Shown here: positions 42,110 to 51,443 of the stretch, piece by piece
Position numbering within the stretch: position 1 is the first letter of the stretch
How the letters are laid out: each line of letters starts with the position of its first letter
Notes under the pieces: generated by a model
The model's database searches: none
The model's input: only the letters and a program-made list of their open reading frames with translations
What the model was told of the DNA's origin: nothing
Program-made: the position numbers and the translations under genes
NCBI GenBank assembly: GCA_963818505.1
Contig: CAWFSJ010000001.1
Location: 372,348 to 436,347 of the forward strand
DNA from: an uncultured Actinomycetota bacterium
Lineage (GTDB): Bacteria; Actinomycetota; Actinomycetes; S36-B12; UBA10799
Length of the DNA: 64,000 bases
Direction of reading: 5' to 3'

Positions 42110-42759
42110 AGGTCGCCATCGCCGGGGCCGGGAAGGTCGGCAAGTCCATCGCGCGCGAACTCGTCGGCATCGGCCACGAAGTGTTGCTGATCGATCGGGA
42201 CACCGACATCGTCTCGGGCACCACGATCGAAGGCGCGCAGATAGTCAAGGCGGACGCCTGCGAGATGGCCTCCCTGGACCAAGTGGGCCTCGAGCATTGT
42301 CAGGTAGTGGTCGCCGCGACCGGCGACGACAAGGTCAACCTCGTCGTGTCGCTGCTGGCCAAGACCGAATACGGCGTGCCTCGCGTCGTTGCCCGCGTGA
42401 ACCACCCCAAGAACGAATGGCTGTTCGACAGCATGTGGGGCGTTGATGTGGCGGTCTCAACGCCACGGTTGCTCAGCGCCCTGGTCGAAGAGGCAGTGGC
42501 GGTCGGGGATCTTGTGCGGCTGATGACGTTCCGGCAGAGCAAGACGAACCTCGTGGAGATGACGCTTCCCTACGACTCGAATGTGATCGGTCGCGCTGTC
42601 GGCGATGTTGTGTGGCCCCCGGACACCGCCTTGGTCGCCATCCTGCGCGAGGACCGAGTGATCCCGCCCAGCGACGACGACCCGCTAGAAGTTGGCGACG
42701 AACTGCTGTTCGTTGCGACCGACGAGCAAGAGAAGGCCTTGTCCGACCTTCTGCACTGA
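42106..42759 (+). CDS. trkA: TrkA-family potassium uptake protein (CeoC-like)
   Basis: GAGKVG, TGDDKVN, RVNHPKNEWLF; TrkA-C domain. Confidence 0.92.
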   Translation: MKVAIAGAGKVGKSIARELVGIGHEVLLIDRDTDIVSGTTIEGAQIVKADACEMASLDQVGLEHCQVVVAATGDDKVNLVVSLLAKTEYGVPRVVARVNHPKNEWLFDSMWGVDVAVSTPRLLSALVEEAVAVGDLVRLMTFRQSKTNLVEMTLPYDSNVIGRAVGDVVWPPDTALVAILREDRVIPPSDDDPLEVGDELLFVATDEQEKALSDLLH

Positions 42760-42783
42760 GCCCGTCTTGGCTGCTCAGAACCC

Positions 42784-44322
42784 TCAACCGACTCGGGAAC
42801 AGGGCTTAGGTCCCTTGACGGGAAGGCCGCCGAGATCACCTAGTTCTCCTGCGATCGCTTGACCAGCGGCCCAACCGGACGCAGCGACATCGCCGTAGGT
42901 CAGAACCCGCTGCCGCGCCCCGGAAGTCAGCGCCCCGTAGGGCGAGCCGGTCGCGACCCAGATGTCGGCGCCCCCCGGCGAGCCCGACGACACGACCACC
43001 CGGGTCCGGCCCGGTCCGACACCTGCCGCGCGAAGACCCTGCCTGACACCTTCAGCCGCCGCCCCGGAACCGAGCACTGTCGCGCCGTTGCCGACCAGCG
43101 ACTGGCAGGTACCCAACACCGTGATCCCCGCCTCCGCCGTCTGTCGGGCGATCTTGCGCGTGGCCTTCGTCGACGGTTGCGAGGGGTAGGTGGGAACCGC
43201 CTCGAGCAGGCCGAGCCGCTGCTTGGCCTCCAGCACGTGGAGCACGGCATCGCGCACCCTGGCTGGGCTCAGACCGTTGCCCTGCGCCTGCAGTACCTGC
43301 GCAACCGCCCGGGTCGGCTCGTTGGGCATCAGCAGGACATCCCCACCAGCCTTGATGACCTCCACGGCCAACTGGGGCCGACTGGCAACGGCTCCCATAC
43401 CCAAGGAGTCACTGACCACCAAGCCGTCGAAGCCCATGCGCTTACGCAGGATGCCGGTCACGATCTTCTTGGAAACCGTGGCCGGACGGTTGTCGTAGGC
43501 CGGGACGGTCACATGGGCAACCATGATCGCCGGCACCCCGGCGTCAACGGCGTCCTGGAACGGCGGGAGGTCGATGCGAGCCATCTGCTTGCGGGAGTGC
43601 GTGACCTTGGCCAGCCCGAGGTGGCTGTCCGTGGCGGTGTCGCCGTGGCCCGGGAAGTGCTTCGCTGTGGACAGCACACCCGCTTGATCGAATCCCTGCA
43701 CCTGACCGGCCACAGCGCGGCCCACGATCCCCGGGAATGCCCCGGGTGACCTGATCCCGATGACCGGGTTGCTGGGACGCACGTTCACATCCGCAACCGG
43801 TGCGAAGTCGATGTTCACACCCGCCGCTGCCAGCCACCGCCCCGTCAGATCGCCCATGGCCGAAGCAGCCTGGGTGCCTCGCTGGGAATCGCCTGCCACG
43901 GCTGCCCCGAGAACCATCGCCCCGGGCAGGGTGACGGGCATGTTCAATCGCCGCACCAGTGTGCCGTTCTCCTGGTCCGCGCCGATCAGCAACGGCGGCA
44001 GACCGAGCTGGCGTGCTTCGTCCTGAGCCGCCTTCACCACTGCGCGCCACTGCTTGGCAGTTCCCGGCGCCATGATGATCAAACCGCCTGGCCGCGTTTG
44101 GCGCACTACCGTTCGGGCGTTCCCGGGGTCAAGGCTGTCGATCGACGGCATGATCAGTTGCCGCACCCTCTGACCACCGGACATCTGCTCGTAAACACTG
44201 GCCACTGGGTCGGTCTGCGCCGACGGCGAGGTGGACACCGCTTGTGCTGCCGGATCCGTGGTAGCACCACCGCCGCAAGCCGTCAGAGCCGCGACGCACC
44301 CGACCAGAAGCATCCTTCGCAC
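42784..44322 (-). CDS. GH3 beta-N-acetylhexosaminidase lipoprotein (NagZ-like)
   Basis: Lipobox LTAC; ADQENG, FAPVAD, KHFPGHG..TDSH, SDSLGM. Confidence 0.9.
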   Translation of the reverse strand: MRRMLLVGCVAALTACGGGATTDPAAQAVSTSPSAQTDPVASVYEQMSGGQRVRQLIMPSIDSLDPGNARTVVRQTRPGGLIIMAPGTAKQWRAVVKAAQDEARQLGLPPLLIGADQENGTLVRRLNMPVTLPGAMVLGAAVAGDSQRGTQAASAMGDLTGRWLAAAGVNIDFAPVADVNVRPSNPVIGIRSPGAFPGIVGRAVAGQVQGFDQAGVLSTAKHFPGHGDTATDSHLGLAKVTHSRKQMARIDLPPFQDAVDAGVPAIMVAHVTVPAYDNRPATVSKKIVTGILRKRMGFDGLVVSDSLGMGAVASRPQLAVEVIKAGGDVLLMPNEPTRAVAQVLQAQGNGLSPARVRDAVLHVLEAKQRLGLLEAVPTYPSQPSTKATRKIARQTAEAGITVLGTCQSLVGNGATVLGSGAAAEGVRQGLRAAGVGPGRTRVVVSSGSPGGADIWVATGSPYGALTSGARQRVLTYGDVAASGWAAGQAIAGELGDLGGLPVKGPKPCSRVG

Positions 44323-44414
44323 CTGCCAAGCCTAGGTCAGGATGCGGGGTCGGATCGCCGAAGACCCGAATCAGCGACAACGAAGCACGCCCGTGAGGCA
44401 CAATGAGGTGCGAG

Positions 44415-44478
44415 CGGACACACCCCGTCCGATCCGTTGACGTCCGCCGGAGATCCCGGCTGACATGGAGGTGTCTAG
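44415..44478 (+). promoter_or_regulatory. Structured 5' leader, candidate translational switch
   Basis: Hairpin CGGAC/GTCCG with loop ACACCCC complementary to the SD-overlapping GGAGGTGT; a second hairpin spans 44442-44464. Confidence 0.35.
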
Positions 44479-45913
44479 ATGAGCGTTCTTTCCCAGATCT
44501 TTGAGCCCCTCGGGCTGCACACGGCGACGGACCAGGACGCCGAGGTGATCATCCTGCGTGACGTGCCTTCGGCCGAGCTGCTCGATGCCATCGGCCGTCG
44601 TGAGCACGCGATCGTGTGCTCGACGAACCCGCAGGCTCTCAATGCCCTTGGGATCCGCACCACCAGGCTGCCTGCCCGGCCCTCGCACGACCCACTGGTC
44701 GCCGACCCGGTGCACGAGGTTTCAGCCGGCGAACTCGACGTTCCCGCTGGCCGGTGCCTTCGGGATCGAATGCGATGAGGTCTGGGCCACCGCCGATGGG
44801 ATTCCCGTTGCGGGAAAGGTCGGGCGCGTGGCCGTTCTGGCCGGGCGCTGGGAGGACGTCGCAGCCACGGACGACGGAGCGGTCTTCTGGACCGAAACCG
44901 TCTTGGACCGCCATGATCCTGACCTCGTTGCATCCGTACTGTCGGCCCTGACCCGTCCTGGACCGCAAGTGGAGCATCCACCGGTCACCGTCATCGAGGG
45001 TTCGGGCTGGACCGTTCCGGTCGTCCCTGAGGTGCAGATCAACTCGACCGACTTCCTGCGCGCCGTCGCCCACGCGGGGCGAACGCTTCCGGAGGCGGTC
45101 TTCGACGCACTCGTGGACTTCGTCGACGTCGCTCCCGCTTCTGGCGCGCTGCTGCTGGAGAACATGCCTCTTGGCGACCTCCCCCCGACGCCGGAAGACC
45201 CGCTGCTGGCAGACAAACCCGATCAGGTGTCCGAGTTCACGCTGCTGACGGTGGGCCGCCTGCTGGGACGGCCCGTGGGCTACTTGCCCGAGCACGGCGG
45301 GGACGTGGTGCAGAACATCTCCCCCACCAAACGCAATGCGGATCGCCAGGTTTCGACGTCCAGCAAGTCGATGCTCGAGTTCCACACCGAAGCTGCATTC
45401 CACCCGCACCGTCCGCGCTACTTGCTGCTGCTGTGCCTGCGCGGCGACCCCTCTGCCGCCACGACCCTGTGCAGCATCTCCGCGGTACTGGACACGTTGA
45501 CACCGCGCTCGCGCGCGGTCCTGTTCCAGCCACGGTTCACAACCGGCATCGACGAGTCGTATGCCGGAGGACGTTCCGAGGCGCGTTCGGTCCAACGCCC
45601 GGTGCTCTACGGGGACCCGGAGAACCCGAAGTTGTGGCTCGACGCCGACCTGATGAGCGGCATCGACCCGATCGCTCAGGAGGCGCTGGACGAACTGGCC
45701 CGCCTGGTCCGCGAGCACGCTACCGGCGTGACGCTCAAGGCCGGGGACCTGCTGGTGGTCGACAACGACGTCGCCGTGCACGGGCGTACCCCGTTCAAGC
45801 CGCGTTTCGATGGCACTGACCGCTGGCTGCAGAGGACGTTCGTCGTGGCCGATCACACGGCGGCTGACGGCTCGCGCAACGGCCGGGTCATCACAACGGA
45901 ATTTATCGCCTAG
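44479..45913 (+). CDS. Clavaminate synthase/AsnO-like Fe(II)/2OG dioxygenase with an extra N-terminal domain; apparent +1 frameshift near 44743
   Basis: LEFHTEAAFH (HxE), LLLLCLR, DN..VHGR, RWLQR. The frame from ATG 44479 (strong SD) stops at 44778, and coding-like sequence continues in the +1 frame. Confidence 0.8.
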
Positions 45914-45973
45914 CCACGCCGGCCGGGGCGGCCATAGGGTCGGATCACGGCGACTGTTTAGAGAGGCGGCCGG

Positions 45974-46867
45974 GTGAAGACCGAGAACATCAATCACGCC
46001 TTCTTGGATCCGGTGCTGACCGGTGAACAGGTCGACACCTACTACCACTTCGGCGTGGCCAGCGACGACCCACTGCTCGACGGGCTGCGTGACGTGAAAG
46101 CCGTCATCAAAGCGGGCTCTGGTCACCGGATCCACGAGTTCGCGCAGACCTGGAGCGCGATGCACGACTCAGCGCCGATCATCGCCTTCCCCAAGGAGGA
46201 GCGATTCGTCACGCGCTATTGCCATGGCGTCCTGTTCGCCTCGCACGGGATGGGCATGCCTAGCGCGAGCATCGCCCTGCAGGAGCTCATGCGGATGGTC
46301 TACTTCCTCAAAGCCGGTGACCTAGATGCTCTCGATGACGTCTTCTGGGCCAGGGTGGGCACCAGCGGTGGCGTCGGCCTCGAAGGGGGCACGATAGTCG
46401 CGACAACCGAAGGGGTCATGGCCGACCTTGCGCCCTACCGGGTTCTCAACGGCGGCATGGGCGAGTACTGGTTCGACAGCACCTACCCGCAGGCGGTGAT
46501 CGACGAGGTCGTCGCGGTCAATGAGACCCACGGACTCACCGTCGTGTCGGGCAAGACCGTGGCCGGCAACGAGTTCTTCCTCGAGCAGTTCCGCCTGGAT
46601 GGCGCTGTCTGCATGGAGACCCCCGAGACCAAGATGGCCTGGCTGGAGTGGATCTACGACAACGGGGTGCGCAACATCGAGATGGAGGGCGCCATGATGG
46701 CCGGCTACCTCAACCACTGGGGTTTCAGCAAGTTCGCGATGATCTGCACGACCCTGCTGAATCGGCTCCACGGCGACCAGGTGACCGCAACTGCGGAGGA
46801 ACTGCACCGGTACAGCGAGGAGTCCGGCCAGGCGATGTTCAACTACCTGAAGGCCACCATCTCCTGA
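45974..46867 (+). CDS. Uridine phosphorylase, eukaryotic UPP1-like type
   Basis: YHF, SHGMGMPSASIALQEL, RVGTSGG, F..Q.RLDGA.C, GVRNIEME, TLLNRL.GDQ. Confidence 0.9.
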   Translation: MKTENINHAFLDPVLTGEQVDTYYHFGVASDDPLLDGLRDVKAVIKAGSGHRIHEFAQTWSAMHDSAPIIAFPKEERFVTRYCHGVLFASHGMGMPSASIALQELMRMVYFLKAGDLDALDDVFWARVGTSGGVGLEGGTIVATTEGVMADLAPYRVLNGGMGEYWFDSTYPQAVIDEVVAVNETHGLTVVSGKTVAGNEFFLEQFRLDGAVCMETPETKMAWLEWIYDNGVRNIEMEGAMMAGYLNHWGFSKFAMICTTLLNRLHGDQVTATAEELHRYSEESGQAMFNYLKATIS

Positions 46868-46878
46868 GTCTGCAGGAG

Positions 46879-49038
46879 TCAACGCCCCGGTGCGGTGGCC
46901 AGGCCTTTTGCCTGCGGCAGCCAGCGTGCCACCACTGCTGCCAGAACCGCCTTGGCCACGGGTTTGGCCACGAAGTCGTCCATCCCCGCCGACATGCACT
47001 CCTGCCGGGTCTGCTCCAGGACATTGGCGGTGAGCGCTATGACCGGAGTACGCGTGGAACCCTCCATGGCCCGCCACTGGCGAACGGTCTCCAAGCCGTC
47101 CATTCCGGGCATGTGAACGTCCATGAACACCAGGTCGAAACGCCGCCGGGTCAAGGCCTCAAGAGCAGACGGACCGTCGGCCACGACCTCGACGACACAC
47201 CCGATCCGCTCCAGCATGGCCTTGGCCACCATCTGGTTGACGGCGTTGTCCTCGACGAGCAGCACCGCGGTGGTGTCTGCTTCGTAGGGCGTCAGGCCGT
47301 CCGGGCCGCTGACCATCGATGCCCCGGCCGGCAGACCCAGCGGAATTCGCACCGTGAACCGTGAACCTTGACCGAGTCGGCTCTGGACGTCGATCCGCCC
47401 ACCCATGCCGACCACCAGTCGATGACAGATGGCCAGACCCAGTCCCGACCCGCCGAATCGCCTGGATGTGGACGCGTCGGCTTGGACGAACGAGTCGAAG
47501 AGGGTGGGAAGTGCTTCCGGCGCGATGCCGATACCTGTGTCCTCCACGACGAAACACAACTCGTAACCCTCGGGCAGGGCGTTGCCACCCACCCGCAACT
47601 GAACCCCGCCGGAGGAAGTGAACTTCAAAGCGTTGCCAACCAGGTTTGTCACGACCTGACGAAGTCGAGTGGCATCGCCAAGTGCTTCGTGGGCAAGGCC
47701 GTCCTCCACGAGTACGTCGAGCCTGACGCCTTTGGCCTGGTACTGGGCACGCAGCAGGCCCGCGGCGTCTGTCAGTTCCGCGGCAGGAGAGAACGGCAGG
47801 GTCTCGAACTCGACCTGTCCGGACTCAAGTCGTGAGAGGTCCAGGACACCGTTGATGACCGACATGAGTTGATCAGCGGAGTCGTGGGCCACGTCGATGT
47901 AGCGATTCTGCTCATCTGTCGGGTCGCAGTCACGCAGCAGCTCAAGCATGCCCGTCACACCGTTGAGCGGTGTGCGGATCTCATGGCTCATCGTTGCCAA
48001 GAACTCGCTCTTCGCCCTGCTTGCTGCCTCAGCGCGTTCCCGGGCCTCATAAGCCGCCGTCACATCCACATGGATCCCGACCATCCGTGTTGCGCGCCCT
48101 TCGGCGTCGCGCAGAACCGTCCCACGCGACATGACCCACACGTAGTGGCCGTCAGCATGGCGCAGACGGTGGGTGTTCTCGTAGTGATGTCCCGGTTCGC
48201 GCAACGTCGACTCCACCCGGGCGATGGAGGCCTTGCGGTCCTCCGGGTGGATACGTGTCTCCCACTCCCGGAGCTCGTCGCCGATCTGGTCGCTCTCGTA
48301 GCCGAGCATCTGCTTCCATCGTTGTGAGTAGTACACCCGCGCCGTGTCGACGTGCCAATCCCAGAGCCCAGCCGCACTGCCGTCGAGCGCCAACTTAAGG
48401 CGCTTCTTCTCGACCTCGAGCTGCTGGACCTGCTGGGCGATACGCGCACTGTGCCAGCGCGCCTGGATGAGCGAACCGATCTGATGAGCCATCAGGGACA
48501 AGGGGCCGACCTGTTCGCGCTCGATGCGAGGGAAGAACCGGCTGCCTGTCTCACGCACCCCCACGACCAGTAGTGCGATCTCTGTGCCGTCCGATCCGCT
48601 GCAGACGGTGGCCGCCAGCTGACTGAAGCCGGGGCCCACCAGGTTGCGTGCCTCGGCGCTGGCCCACAACGATGCCCGCCGGCGATCGGCGCCCACCCCT
48701 GCCCGCAATGCGTGCGTGGAGCGCAGGTCGAACATCTTCGGGTCCGCGCCGTGGCATACGACAACCTGGCCGACGGCACGTTGGGGCCAGTCGACGGCGA
48801 TGAGGGCAGCTACCTCCACCTCGAAGATCTGACACACCGCCTCGACACTGAGGCGCGCGAGGTCCGTCTGGTCGTCGGTGGCCATGGCCGCGGCGTAGAA
48901 CTCGTGCATCTGCTCGAAGCGCGACACCTCGCGATCCAGCCGATCACGTGTCGCGATCAACTCCTGTTGTTGCTTGGCCAGTCGGGCGACCTGCTGCTGC
49001 AGTCCGGCTTCAGGCTCGGGCTCGGGCTTGGGTATCAC
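46879..49038 (-). CDS. Cytoplasmic hybrid sensor kinase (GAF-like, PAS, HisKA, HATPase, REC)
   Basis: [56 protein letters not shown]. Confidence 0.95.
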   Translation of the reverse strand: MIPKPEPEPEAGLQQQVARLAKQQQELIATRDRLDREVSRFEQMHEFYAAAMATDDQTDLARLSVEAVCQIFEVEVAALIAVDWPQRAVGQVVVCHGADPKMFDLRSTHALRAGVGADRRRASLWASAEARNLVGPGFSQLAATVCSGSDGTEIALLVVGVRETGSRFFPRIEREQVGPLSLMAHQIGSLIQARWHSARIAQQVQQLEVEKKRLKLALDGSAAGLWDWHVDTARVYYSQRWKQMLGYESDQIGDELREWETRIHPEDRKASIARVESTLREPGHHYENTHRLRHADGHYVWVMSRGTVLRDAEGRATRMVGIHVDVTAAYEARERAEAASRAKSEFLATMSHEIRTPLNGVTGMLELLRDCDPTDEQNRYIDVAHDSADQLMSVINGVLDLSRLESGQVEFETLPFSPAAELTDAAGLLRAQYQAKGVRLDVLVEDGLAHEALGDATRLRQVVTNLVGNALKFTSSGGVQLRVGGNALPEGYELCFVVEDTGIGIAPEALPTLFDSFVQADASTSRRFGGSGLGLAICHRLVVGMGGRIDVQSRLGQGSRFTVRIPLGLPAGASMVSGPDGLTPYEADTTAVLLVEDNAVNQMVAKAMLERIGCVVEVVADGPSALEALTRRRFDLVFMDVHMPGMDGLETVRQWRAMEGSTRTPVIALTANVLEQTRQECMSAGMDDFVAKPVAKAVLAAVVARWLPQAKGLATAPGR

Positions 49039-50226
49039 TCAGCGCACCAGCGCGTAGATGGCGGTCGTGTAGTTGTGGTAGGCATTCTCCCCGCCCAAAC
49101 GCGCGAACTCCCCGAACCCGTACATGCCCAGCCAGGGGGGCACGAGCCCGTCGGTGGTCAGCGGATACTGCATGCGACCGACCAGTTCCTCCTTCATGAC
49201 CCTGTTGAAGAGGAACCGGCCCCGCGCCAAGCAGTCCGCGTGGATCACCGCCACGACCTCGCCGTCGCCGATCCGTTCGGTCATCTGGACCATCATGCGG
49301 TCCATGTCGTTGAAGATGCGCTCCTCGTCGCGCACCGTGAGCCACAGTTGTGTGCCTTCGGGACACGAGGTCGGGTAGTGCATGGTCCCGTCGGGGTCGA
49401 ACTTCGTGATCACCCGCAGGATGTGATCGTTGCCGTACTCCAATGCCAGGTCTTCGGGCAGTTGTTCTGCCAGCGCGCCGATCGGGATCGTGTCCCCGCA
49501 GGTAGCGTCCGGGGACAGCGCCAGTCGCCGGGTGTACTGTTCCCAGGCGGGCTTGCCGTCGAGCTCGACGATCTGATTGCCCTTGGACAGGGTCACCGTC
49601 ATCGGCTCACCCACCGCAACGAAGCCGTGGGTGGCCTGAGTCACCGTGCGCAATGTCGGATCAGCGAATCCGACGGCCCACGCACCATGTTCCATGACCA
49701 CGCCATCGGCCATCTGAAAGCTTGTGATGCCCTTCATGTTGTCCGACGAGGTCGCCCCGACCACAGTGACATCTGCACCCAGGACGTCTTCGATCCCGCT
49801 GATGACCTGATCGTTGGCGATGTCGATACCGGAACCCAGGAAGAGGACCACGTTGATGCCGGGGTTGGTCTCGCGAAGGGAGCTGGCCAACTGCTGCCCG
49901 CACTCGCGACTGTTGTCGCCATGGATCCCGTCGAGTGAGGCCACAGCCAGTTCCGAGGCGCCTCGCACAGTCATGAGCGCGACGTCGTGCATGGACTCGC
50001 TGACGCCTTCGCTGCCCACTACTCCGCAACAGGACGAACCCACCACGGTCGCGTTCGGTGCCAACAGTGCTGCCTGGTCGATCAGCGCCTGATGGTCGTG
50101 ACCCATCGATGCGAAGATGATCACGAGGTCGCAGTCGGTGTCGGTGCCCAGCGCCGCCTGCATACATTCGGTCACGGCTGCCGATGAGTTGACCATCCGT
50201 ACGCTCGCCGACGCGAAATCCAACAT
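49039..50226 (-). CDS. FIST-domain (NosP-like) sensor protein
   Basis: VVGSSCCG, ELDGKPA, DCLAR, GMYGFGEF, HNYT; abuts the hybrid kinase. Confidence 0.9.
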   Translation of the reverse strand: MLDFASASVRMVNSSAAVTECMQAALGTDTDCDLVIIFASMGHDHQALIDQAALLAPNATVVGSSCCGVVGSEGVSESMHDVALMTVRGASELAVASLDGIHGDNSRECGQQLASSLRETNPGINVVLFLGSGIDIANDQVISGIEDVLGADVTVVGATSSDNMKGITSFQMADGVVMEHGAWAVGFADPTLRTVTQATHGFVAVGEPMTVTLSKGNQIVELDGKPAWEQYTRRLALSPDATCGDTIPIGALAEQLPEDLALEYGNDHILRVITKFDPDGTMHYPTSCPEGTQLWLTVRDEERIFNDMDRMMVQMTERIGDGEVVAVIHADCLARGRFLFNRVMKEELVGRMQYPLTTDGLVPPWLGMYGFGEFARLGGENAYHNYTTAIYALVR

Positions 50227-50265
50227 GAGAACCGCCTTCCCTGAGGACAACGCTCCCGCGGGCGG

Positions 50266-50304
50266 TTCAGGCCAACTTCAACGAACCCTCAAGAAACCCT
50301 CAAG
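50266..50304. promoter_or_regulatory. Four YTCAR direct repeats at 11-bp spacing (OmpR/PhoB-type site)
   Basis: TTCAG 50266, TTCAA 50277, CTCAA 50288, CTCAA 50299, including a perfect AACCCTCAAG twice. Confidence 0.5.
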
Positions 50305-50451
50305 ATGAGCCGCCGCCGCAGCACACCGTCCAGCCGGAGTTGCACAAACGCTCGAACTCCTCGCGTCGACGCTGTTCGCCACGAGTGGGCAGGGGTTGTT
50401 CCTTATCAGCATCAGCCGCGACGCTAGGAGCCGTCGATGCGCCGGCCTCGG

Positions 50452-50655
50452 TCATTGGCTCTGGCTGTGAACCGGAACCGCCTGCTGGCGTCCGGCAGCC
50501 CGCATGACGGTGGCTGCGATCAGACCCAGGATGGCGGCATCATCTGCGATGCCCAATGGTCCGGCGATGATTTCAGGAATGAAGTCGAACGGGGAGATGA
50601 CGTACAGCAGGCCGAGGATGATCATGCTGACTTCGGTCTTCGAAAGACGGTTCAT
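50452..50655 (-). CDS. YkvA/DUF1232 small membrane protein
   Basis: LYVISPFDFIPE...GIADD. Confidence 0.85.
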   Translation of the reverse strand: MNRLSKTEVSMIILGLLYVISPFDFIPEIIAGPLGIADDAAILGLIAATVMRAAGRQQAVPVHSQSQ

Positions 50656-50711
50656 GTTTATATTCTCGGTGAAGAACAACGTTCTGACAAGACAATTGGC
50701 AAACGGGGATT

Positions 50712-51443
50712 CTATTTGACCAATTCGCAGAATCCATAATGGTTGCCCCGGTCCCAAGCCGCGGCACCGGGGACGTACCAGGTGCGCAGGGTCCAGCCCT
50801 TCTTGGACAACTTCTGGCAGGCCTTCTGGGTCTTCGAAAGCATCTTCGTGGTCCCCACATAACGCCCGGACGAGATCCACACCTGATTGGTAAGACGCAC
50901 CGCATCAGGTTTTCCGCACTTCATCCCTCGCCAACCCAGCGGGTTCAGGCACACGTACGGCTTCAACCCGAGGCCTTTGACCGAACCAGTGCGGATCGCA
51001 GGCGCGGTCAACTTCTGGTTGCGGCTCTGCCCTAGGCACGCGGCCCACCGCTCTGAGGCGTTCCACTGATCCAGTGAGGGCAACTGCACGTTGAGCCGCG
51101 CAGAACGAGGTAGCACGTAGCTGGCCTTGGGGTACTTCGGTTTGGTCTTGCTCCAGACATAGTTCACCGAGACCGATTGGCACGTTTGGAAAGCCCATGC
51201 CTTGACCGAATCGGCGGAGTAACCCGCGGCGGCCACCTCGGCGGGGATGGTCACCACGCCCAGAACCTCCCCGTTGTGCGCCACGGCGCAGTCACCAGGG
51301 GCAGCAGTGAAGCTGTCCTGCACCCACTGATCGGCCGAGTACGTGAAGCATGTGCTCACCGGGGGCGGGGCTGCCTGTGCCACACCAGCCACTGCGGGCA
51401 GGCAGACGGCCGTCGTCATCGCGGCTATCAACGTCCTGTTCAC
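50712..51443 (-). CDS. Secreted Cys-rich protein, septum-formation-domain-like
   Basis: Signal peptide; C..AHNGEV and PS..QW...ERW..C repeat pattern. Confidence 0.7.
   Translation of the reverse strand: MNRTLIAAMTTAVCLPAVAGVAQAAPPPVSTCFTYSADQWVQDSFTAAPGDCAVAHNGEVLGVVTIPAEVAAAGYSADSVKAWAFQTCQSVSVNYVWSKTKPKYPKASYVLPRSARLNVQLPSLDQWNASERWAACLGQSRNQKLTAPAIRTGSVKGLGLKPYVCLNPLGWRGMKCGKPDAVRLTNQVWISSGRYVGTTKMLSKTQKACQKLSKKGWTLRTWYVPGAAAWDRGNHYGFCELVK

Noticed and set aside
44415-44478. Guanidine-II/III or fluoride riboswitch
   Set aside because: There are no ACGR loops and no GGCGATG/TGATG fluoride consensus. Kept only as an unclassified candidate.
50640-50740. AT-rich patch as an island boundary
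   Set aside because: It is short and consistent with a promoter for the DUF1232 gene; there is no att site, tRNA or integrase.
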